55,784 bases of DNA from a virus (lineage: Duplodnaviria; Caudoviricetes): the IMG/VR virus record IMGVR_UViG_3300049982_000336, positions 1 through 55,784 of that record. One strand, given 5' to 3'. The notes beneath the pieces are model-generated. The model searched no databases. It had not been told where the DNA came from and was given only the letters and a program-made list of their open reading frames with translations. Of this stretch, positions 55,057 to 55,784 are shown piece by piece. A program made the position numbers and the translations under genes. Each line of letters starts with the position of its first letter. Positions within the stretch are counted from its first letter, which is position 1.

Positions 55057-55254
55057 ATGAAACTACGTTTTCTCGGTACCACCTCGAAGGACGGGGACTG
55101 CCCCACCCTGTACGCCACCGACCGCGGCACGATCGTCGTCCAGGGCTACCAGGTCACCGACCCCGAAGCGCTCGACCAGCTCCGCGACGTCCTCCCTGGC
55201 GAGACGTTCGTCGAGGTCCCTCGCGAGCTGCTGAAGTTCGCCGAACCGGAGTAG
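55057..55254 (+). CDS. Small conserved actinomycete protein (DUF6879 partner)
   Basis: LRFLG...GDCPTLYATD...VVQG...GETFVEVP; AGGAGG RBS. Confidence 0.8.
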   Translation: MKLRFLGTTSKDGDCPTLYATDRGTIVVQGYQVTDPEALDQLRDVLPGETFVEVPRELLKFAEPE

Positions 55255-55256
55255 GC

Positions 55257-55784
55257 GTGCCCCTCACCCGCGACGAGTTCCAGCGGCTCTTCGTCACGTT
55301 CGAGCACACCGCGTTCCGGCTGGAGGTGCGCGACTTCTACAACATCGCGGGTGAGGCCGACGACTTTCAGCGGTTCCTCAACGGCGAGCACCTGGACAAG
55401 CGCGCCGAGGCCGAGGCCCGCCGGCCGTGGCTCGACAAGATGCGGGCTGCCACCGCCGCGGGCAAACGGGTGGAGCGGGTGCGCGTGGTCACCGAGCCGC
55501 TCAGCGACTACCTGCGCTTCGAAATGGAGGGCACCGACCTCAACATCGCTGCTGGCGAGGACATCCGCTACCTGCCTCGCCAGCACACGGCCGCCGCCCA
55601 GCTGCCCGGCCACGACTTTTGGTTGTTCGACTCCTCGCGCCTGGTCCTCATGCGCTTCGACGACCAGGCCCGCCCCCTGCCGTACGAACTGGTCACTGAC
55701 CCTGCGACGGTGGTCGAGCACTGTTTTTGGCGTGACACCGCCTGGCATTACGCCGTTCCCCATGACCGGTATGCGGCCCGCTGA
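55257..55784 (+). CDS. DUF6879-family protein
   Basis: FEHTAFRLEVRDFY, RVRVVTEPLSDYLRFE, AGEDIRYLPR, LPGHDFWLFDS. Confidence 0.85.
   Translation: MPLTRDEFQRLFVTFEHTAFRLEVRDFYNIAGEADDFQRFLNGEHLDKRAEAEARRPWLDKMRAATAAGKRVERVRVVTEPLSDYLRFEMEGTDLNIAAGEDIRYLPRQHTAAAQLPGHDFWLFDSSRLVLMRFDDQARPLPYELVTDPATVVEHCFWRDTAWHYAVPHDRYAAR

Noticed and set aside
1-55784. tRNA genes and att core repeats
   Set aside because: None recognised by eye. The window starts at the integrase ATG, so attL is probably outside it and attR cannot be matched.

Overview
The window is almost entirely one temperate, siphovirus-like prophage of a high-GC actinomycete. It starts at the first codon of a tyrosine integrase, and no att site could be identified. 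Layout: integrase/repressor/Cro-Xis switch (1-2317); a long early operon of small genes including RusA, an Lsr2-like protein, a DnaN-like clamp and DUF2303 (2318-13579); replication/recombination genes (UvrD-like helicase, Cas4/RecB-like nuclease, SSB-like protein, PrimPol-SF3 helicase) followed by an iteron-rich ori (13579-20525); terminase, portal, minor head, scaffold, capsid, neck, tail and lysis genes (22034-49240); reverse-strand morons; and a right arm resembling an actinomycete integrative conjugative element (AICE)/plasmid transfer module (HTH, Spd-like protein, TraB/FtsK, repeat arrays; 50431-54962). Most notable observations: (1) a second, inverted copy of the ori between the endolysin and holin genes, about 28.4 kb from the first; (2) a TraB-type conjugation module attached to an apparently intact phage; (3) an anti-defence-like cluster between terL and portal, with Tad1-like and Tad2-like genes next to two paralogs of an uncharacterised family; (4) a MuF-type minor head protein ending in a PI3/4-kinase/HipA-like domain, with a coupled candidate immunity gene; (5) an F-[TSA]-Q-P motif shared by four replication proteins. 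All family calls come from motif recognition by eye. No database search was run.
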